Shown: positions 57,201-64,000 of the stretch, piece by piece
How positions within the stretch are numbered: position 1 is the first letter of the stretch
Layout of the letters: the number at the start of each line of letters is the position of its first letter
Source of the DNA: Eledone cirrhosa
Lineage: Eukaryota
DNA length: 64,000 nt
Assembly (NCBI GenBank): GCA_964016885.1
Contig: OZ024744.1
Span: forward strand, 11,470,001-11,534,000
Direction of reading: 5' to 3'
Notes under the pieces: model-generated
The model's database searches: none
What the model was told of the DNA's origin: nothing
Seen by the model: only the letters and a program-made list of their open reading frames with translations
Program-made: the position numbers and the translations under genes

Positions 57201-57898
57201 GTTGTACTCCAATATGTCATGGTGTTGTACTCCAATATGTTGTGTTGTTGTACTCCAATATGTTGTGTTGTTGTACTCCAATATGTTGTGTTGTTGTACT
57301 CCAATATGTTGTGTTGTTGTACTCCAATATGTTGTGTTGTTGTACTCCAATATGCCATGTTGTTATACTCCAATATGTGGTGGTGTTGTACTCCAATATG
57401 TCATGTTGTTGTACTCCAATATTTCGTGTTGTTGTACTCCAATATGTCATAGGGGTTGTACTCCAATATGCTGTGTTGCTGTACTCCAATAGGTTGTGTT
57501 GTTGTACTCCAATATGTTGTGCTGCTGTACTCCAATATGTTGTGTTGTTGTACTCCAATATGTTGTGTTGTTGTACTCCAATATGTTGTGTTGTTGTACT
57601 CCAATCTATATCGCTGGTGTACTCCAATATGTTGTGTTGTTGTACTCCAATATGTTGTGCTGTTGTACTCCAATATGTTGTGCTGTTGTACTCCAATATT
57701 TTGTGCTGTTATACTCCAATATATTGTGTTGTTATACTCCAATATGTTGTGTTGTTGTACTCCAAAATATTGTGTTGTTATACTCCAATATGTTGTGTTG
57801 TTATACTCCAATAAGTTGTGCTGTTATACTCCAATATGTTGTGTTGTTGTACTCCAATATGTTGTGCTGTTATACTCCAATATTTTGTGTTGTTATAC
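34429..57898. repeat. Tandem segmental duplication of 11,745 bp (34429-46173 and 46174-~57898)
   Basis: The ORF offset is a constant 11745 (34715/46460, 36902/48647, 43313/55058, 44932/56677), then 11722 after loss of one monomer. Shared variants include TTGTTTTGTTTTCTCC (34671/46416) and TATAATG (45271/57016). Confidence 0.88.
39258..51002. repeat. Higher-order repeat period 4 (11,745 bp; lengthened by the duplication junction at ~46,180)
   Basis: Marker at 39258 and 51003. A ~2,187-bp block appears twice (ORFs 44273/46460, 44932/47119). Confidence 0.9.
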
Positions 57899-60534
57899 TC
57901 CAATATGTGGTATTTTTGTACTCCAATATGTTGTGCTGTTGTACTCCAATATGTTGTGTTGTTATACTCCAACATGTTGTGTTGTTATACTCCAATATGT
58001 TGTGTTGTTATACTCGAATATGTTGTGTTGTTATACTCGAATATCTTGTGTTGTTATACTCGAATATGTTGTGCTGTTGTACTCCAATATGTCGTGTTGT
58101 TGTACTCCAATATATCATGTAGTTGTACTCCAATATTTCGTGTTGTTGTACCCCAATATGTAGTGTTGTTTATACTCCAATATGTTTTGCTGTTGTACTC
58201 CAATATGTTGTGTTGCTGTACTCCTATATGTTGTGTTGTTATTCTCCAATATGTTGTGCTGTTGTACTCCAATGTGTTGTGTTGTTATACTCCAATATGT
58301 TGTGTTGATTTACTCCAATATGTTGTGTTGTTGTACTCCAATATGCTGTGTTGTTATACTCCAATGTGTTGTGTTGTTATACTCCAATATGTTGTGTTGT
58401 TGTAGTCCAATATGTTGTGTTGTCGTACTCCAATATGTTGTGTTGTTATACTCCAATATTTCGTGTGGTTGTACTCCAATATGTCATGGTGTTGTACTTC
58501 AATATGTCGTGTTGTTGTACTCCAATATGTTGTCTTGCTGTACTCCAATATGTTGTGTTGTTGTACTCCAATATCTTGTGTTCTTATACTCCAATATGTT
58601 ATGTTGTTATACTCCAATATGTTGTGTTGTTGTACTCCAATATGTTGTGCTGTTTTACTCCAATATGTTGTGTTGTTGTACTCCAATATGTTGTATTGTT
58701 TTTCTCCAATATGTCATGTTATACTCCAATAAGTTGTGTTCTTGTACTCCAATATGTTGTGTAGTTGTACTCCAATATATCATGTTGTCGTACTCCAATA
58801 TGTCATGTTATACTCCAATATGTCATTGTTGTACTCCAATATGTCGTGTTGTTGTACTCCAATATGTCGTGTTGTTGTACTCCAATATGTTGTGTTGTTG
58901 TACTCCAATATGTTGTGTTGTTGTACTCCAATATGTTGTGTTGTTATACTCCAATATGTTATGTTGTTGTACTCCAATATGTCATGTTGTTGTACTCCAA
59001 TATGTTTTGATGTTGTACTCCAATATGTTGTGTTGTTGTACTCCAATATGTTTTGATGTTGTAGTCCAATATGTTGTGTTGTTGTACTCCAATATGTTGT
59101 GTAGTCGTACTCCAATATGTTGTGTTGTTGTACTCCAATATGCTGTGATGTTGTACTCCAATATGACGTGCTGTTGTACTCCAATGCGTTGTGTTGTTGT
59201 ACTCCAATATGCTGTGTTGTTATACTCCAATATGTTGTGTTGTTGTACTCCAATATGTTGTGTTGTTGTACTCCAATATGTTGTGTTGTTGTAATCCAAT
59301 ATCTTGTGTAGTTATACTCCAATATGTTGTGCTGTTGTACTCCAATATGTTGAGTTGTTATACTCCAATATGTAGTGTTGTTATACTCCAATATGTTGTG
59401 TTGTTGTACTCCAATCTGTTGCGTTATACTCCAATATGTTGTGTTGTTATACTCCAATATGTTGTGTTGTTATACTCCAATATGTTGTGTTGTTTTACTC
59501 CAATATGTTGTATTGTTGATCTCCAATATGTCATATTATACTCCAATAAGTTGTGTTCTTGTACTCCAATATGTGTTGTTGTTGTACTCCAATATGTTGC
59601 GTTGTTGTACTCCAATATATCATGTTGTCGTACTCCAATATGTCATGTTATACTCCAATATGTTTTGATGCTGTACTCCAATATGTTGTGTTGTTGTACT
59701 ACAATATGTTGTGTTGTTGTACTCCAATATGTTGTGTTGTTATACTCCAATATGTTGTGCTGTTGTACTCCAATATGTTGTGTTGTTATACTCCAATATG
59801 TAGTGTTGTTATACTCCAATATGTTGTGTTGTTGTACTCCAATCTGTTGTGTTGTTATACTCCAATATATTGTGTTGTTATACTCCAATATGTTGTGTTG
59901 TTTTACTCCAATATGTTGTGTTGTTGTACTCCAATATGTTGTATTGTTGTTCTCCAATATGTCATGTTATACTCCAATAAGTTGTGTTCTTGTACTCCAA
60001 TATGTTGTGTTGTTGTACTCCAATATGTTGTGTTGTTGTACTCCAATATATCATGTTGTCGTACTCCAATATGTCATGTTATACTCCAATATGTCGTTGT
60101 TATACTCCAATATGTCATGATGTTGTACTCCAATATGTCGTGTTCTTGTACTCCAATATGTCGTGTTGTCGTACTCCAATATGTTGTGTTGTTGTACTCC
60201 AATATGTTGTGCTGTTGTACTCCAATATGTTTGTTGTTGTACTCCAATATGTTGTGTTGTTATACTCCAATATGTTGTGTTGTTGTACTCCAATATTTCG
60301 TGTTGTTGTACTCCAATACGTCGTGTTGTATTCCAATATGTTGTGTTGTTATACTCCAATATGTTATGTTGTACTCCAATGTGTCTTGTTGTTGTACTCC
60401 AATATGTTTTGATGTTGTACTCCAATATGTTGTGTTGTTGTACTCCAATATGTTTTGATGTTGTACTCCAATATGTTGTGTTGTTGTACTCCAATATGTT
60501 GTGTAGTCGTATTCCAATATGTTGTGTTGTTGTA
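51003..60534. repeat. Higher-order repeat period 5 (9,532 bp; one monomer and one 3-bp unit shorter)
   Basis: Marker at 51003 and 60535. There are 5 rather than 6 perfect monomers at 57228-57342, and a 3-bp TTG loss near 60368. Confidence 0.9.
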
Positions 60535-63500
60535 CTCTAACATGTTTTGTTGTTATTCTCCAATATGTTGTGATGTTGTACTCCAATGTGTTGTGTTGTT
60601 GTACTCCAATGTGATGTGTTGTTGTACTCCAATATGTTGTGCTGTTGTACTCCAATATTTTTTGTTTTTTGTACTCCAATATGTTGTGTTGTTATACTCC
60701 AATATGTTGTGTTGTTATACTCCAATATGGTGTGTTGTTGTACTCCAATATGTTGTATTGTTTTCTCCAATATGTCATGTTATACTCCAATATGGTGTGT
60801 TCGTGTACTCCAATATGTTGTGTTATTGTACTCCAATATGTTGCGTTGTTGTACTGCAATATGTTGTGTTGTTGTACTCCAATATGTCGTGTGGCTGTAC
60901 TCCAATATGTCATGTTGTTGTACTCCAATATGTCTTGTTATAGTCCAATATGTCGTGTTGTTGTACTCCAATATATCATGTAGTTGTACTCCAATATTTC
61001 GTGTTGTTGTACCCCAATATGTAGTGTTGTTTATACTCCAATATGTTTTGCTGTTGTACTCCAATATGTTGTGTTGCTGTACTCCTATATGTTGTGTTGT
61101 TATTCTCCAATATGTTGTGCTGTTGTACTCCAATGTGTTGTGTTGTTATACTCCAATGTGTTGTGTTGTTATACTCCAATATGTTGTGTTGTTGTAGTCC
61201 AATATGTTGTGTTGCCGTACTCCAATATGTTGTGTTGTTATACTCCAATATTTCGTGTGGTTGTACTCCAGTATGTCATGGTGTTGTACTTCAATATGTC
61301 GTGTTGTTGTACTCCAATATGTTGTCTTGTTGTACTCCAATCTGTTGTATTGTTGTACTTCAATATGTTCTGTTGTTGTACTCCAATATATTGTGTTGTT
61401 GTACTCCAATATGTTGTGTTGTTGTACTCCAATATGCTGTGTTGTTGTACTCCAATATGTTGTGTTGTTGTACTCCAATATGTTGTGTTGTTGTACTCCA
61501 ATATCTTGTGTTCTTATACTCCAATATGTTGTGTTGTTATACTCCAATATGTTGTGTTGTTGTACTCCAATATGTTGTGCTGTTGTACTCCAATATGATG
61601 TGCTGTTGTACTCCAATATGTTGTGTTGTTGTACTCCAATGTGTTTTGTTGTGGTACTCCAATATGTTGTGCCGTTGTACTCCAATATTTTTTTGTTTTT
61701 GTACTCCAAAATGTTGTGTTGTTATACTCCAATATGTTGTGTTGGTTTACTCCAATATGGTGTGCTGTTGTACTCCAAATCTCGTGTTGTTATACTCCAA
61801 TGTGTTGTGTTGTTATACTCCAATATGGTGTGTTGTTGAACTCCAATATGTTGTATTGTTTTTCTCCAATATGTCATGTTATACTCCAATATGTCGTGTT
61901 GCTGTACTCCAATATGTCATGCTGTTGTACTTCAATATGTTTTGCTGTTGTACTCCACCGTGTTGTGTTGTTGAACTCCAATACGTTGTGTTGTTGTTCT
62001 CCAATATTTTTGTGCTGTTGTACTCCAATTTGTGTTGTTGTACTCCAATATGTTGTGTTGTTGTACTCCAATATGTTGTGTTGTTGTACTCCAATATGTT
62101 GTGTTGTTATACTCCAATATGTTGTGCTGTTGTACTCCAATATTTCGTGTTGTTATACTCCAATACGTCGTGTTGTTGTACTCCAATATGTTTTGATGTT
62201 GTACTCAAATATGTTGTGTTGTTGTACTCCAATATGTTTTGATGTTGTACTCCAATATGTTGTGTTGTTGTACTCCAATATGTTGTGTAGTCTTACTCCA
62301 ATATGTTGTGTTGTTGTACTCCAATATGCTGTGATGTTGTACTCCAATATGATGTGATGTTGTACTCCAATGTGTTGTGTTGTTGTACTCCAATGTGATG
62401 TGTTGTTGTACTCCAATATGTTGTGTTGTTATACTCCAATATGTTATGTTGTTGTACTCCAATATGTCATGTTGTTGTACTCCAATATGTTTTGATGTTG
62501 TACTCCAATATGTCGTGTTGTTATACTCCAATATGTTATGATGTTGTACTCCAATATATTGTGTTGTTGTACTCCAATATGTTGTGTTGTTGTACTCCAA
62601 TACGTTGTGTTGTTGTACTCCAATATGTTGTGTTGTTGTACTCCAATATGTTGTTGTACTCCAATATGCCATGTTGTCGTACTCCAATATTTCGTGTTGT
62701 TGTACTCCAATATGTCATGGTGTTGTACTCCAATATGTTGTGTTGTTGTACTCCAATATGTTGTGTTGTTGTACTCCAATATGTTGTGTTGTTGTACTCC
62801 AATATGCCATGTTGTTGTACTCCAATATGTTGTGTTGTTGTACTCCAATATGTTGTGTTGTTGTACTCCAATATGTTGTGTTGTTGTACTCCAATATGCC
62901 ATGTTGTTATACTCCAATATGTGGTGGTGTTGTACTCCAATATGTCATGTTGTTGTACTCCAATATTTCGTGTTGTTGTACTCCAATATGTCATAGGGGT
63001 TGTACTCCAATATGCTGTGTTGCTGTACTCCAATAGGTTGTGTTGTTGTACTCCAATATGCTGTGTTGGCTGTGCTCCAATACGTTGTGTTGTTGTACTC
63101 CAATATGCTGTGCTGCTGTACTCCAATATGTTGTGTTGTTGTACTCCAATATGTTGTGTTGTTGTACTCCAATATGTTGTGTTGTTGTACTCCAATCTAT
63201 ATCGCTGTTGTACTCCAATATGTTGTGTTGTTGTACTCCAATATGTTGTGCTGTTGTACTCCAATATGTTGTGCTGTTGTACTCCAATATTTTGTGCTGT
63301 TATACTCCAATATGTTGTGTTGTTATACTCCAATATGTTGTGTTGTTGTACTCCAAAATATTGTGTTGTTATACTCCAATATGTTGTGTTGTTATACTCC
63401 AATAAGTTGTGCTGTTATACTCCAATATGTTGTGTTGTTGTACTCCAATATGTTGTGCTGTTATACTCCAATATTTTGTGTTGTTATACTCCAATATGTG

Positions 63501-64000
63501 GTATTGTTGTACTCCAATATGTTGTGCTGTTGTACTCCAATATGTTGTGTTGTTATACTCCAACATGTTGTGTTGTTATACTCCAATATGTTGTGTTGTT
63601 ATACTCGAATATGTTGTGTTGTTATACTCGAATATATTGTGTTGTTATACTCGAATATGTTGTGCTGTTGTACTCCAATATGTCGTGTTGTTGTACTCCA
63701 ATATATCATGTAGTTGTACTCCAATATTTCGTGTTGTTGTACCCCAATATGTAGTGTTGTTTATACTCCAATATGTTTTGCTGTTGTACTCCAATATGTT
63801 GTGTTGCTGTACTCCTATATGTTGTGTTGTTATTCTCCAATATGTTGTGCTGTTGTACTCCAATGTGTTATGTTGTTATACTCCAATATGTTGTGCTGTG
63901 CTACTCCAATATAGTGTGTTGTTGTACTCCAATGTGTTGTGTTGTTATACTCCAATATGTTGTGTTGATTTACTCCAATATGTTGTGTTGTTGTACTCCA
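60535..64000. repeat. Right, more divergent satellite layer resembling the left end of the window
   Basis: ORFs 60984..61598 and 61146..61709 match 1089..1703 and 1251..1814 (offset 59895) in length and alleles better than the central copies do. About 4 kb of HOR content is skipped at ~62,420. Confidence 0.8.

Larger units (their letters stand above)
1..64000. repeat. 23-bp tandem satellite array, consensus TACTCCAATATGTTGTGTTGTTG; extends beyond both window edges
   Basis: TACTCCAATAT recurs about every 23 bp from base 5 to the end. Perfect consensus runs occur, e.g. 45483-45620 (6 monomers). The consensus is 11 T, 5 G, 4 A, 3 C. No inversion or non-satellite insert was seen. Confidence 0.99.

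Noticed and set aside
14-63914. Hundreds of ORFs up to 653 aa, Cys/Val/Leu-rich on the plus strand and Thr/Asn/Gln-rich on the minus strand
   Set aside because: They overlap in all six frames and are translations of a stop-free 23-mer. Frequent 1-, 2- and 5-bp indels shift the frame, and there are no non-repeat domains. The resemblance to metallothionein or keratin-associated proteins is compositional only.
1-64000. CRISPR-like array (constant core plus variable 'spacer')
   Set aside because: The variable parts are only ~12 bp and are all point variants of one consensus rather than unique acquired sequences. There is no leader and no cas gene.
1-64000. CCAAT-box (NF-Y) or CArG-box regulatory array
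   Set aside because: The flanks (CTCCAATAT) fit the NF-Y preference RRCCAATSR poorly. The CCAATATGG variant has five, not six, A/T bases between CC and GG. There is no gene to regulate in the window.
1-64000. Assignment to a known repeat (Candida albicans 23-bp telomere repeat, Plasmodium rep20, Borg or phage tandem repeats)
   Set aside because: The monomer does not match these as I recall them, and a gene-free 64-kb array is far larger than known prokaryotic or viral repeat tracts. A database search is needed for any assignment.
1-64000. 23-nt monomer as a phased small-RNA source, or a G-quadruplex array
   Set aside because: The match to small-RNA length is coincidental without data. No inverted segment exists to form dsRNA hairpins, and G-runs are too sparse for G4 formation.

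Overview
The whole 64 kb window is one uninterrupted head-to-tail tandem satellite array. The monomer is 23 bp, consensus TACTCCAATATGTTGTGTTGTTG (reverse complement CAACAACACAACATATTGGAGTA), present in roughly 2,800 copies by length. All copies are in one orientation, and I saw no unique sequence, transposon, RNA gene or credible protein-coding gene. The ORF track is an artefact: the consensus has no stop codon in any of the six frames. The real information is in the pattern of monomer variants. They define a very large higher-order repeat (HOR) of 9,557-9,558 bp (about 420 monomers) in the centre. Three tandem duplications can be placed almost to the base: about 3.4-3.6 kb, 11,745 bp and 16,850 bp. 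Older layers at the two ends of the window share alleles with each other that the centre lacks. This symmetric layering resembles eukaryotic centromeric or heterochromatic satellite. Organism and function cannot be determined from the sequence alone, and I do not recognise the monomer as a named family. Differences between copies were counted by eye, so they are minimum counts.
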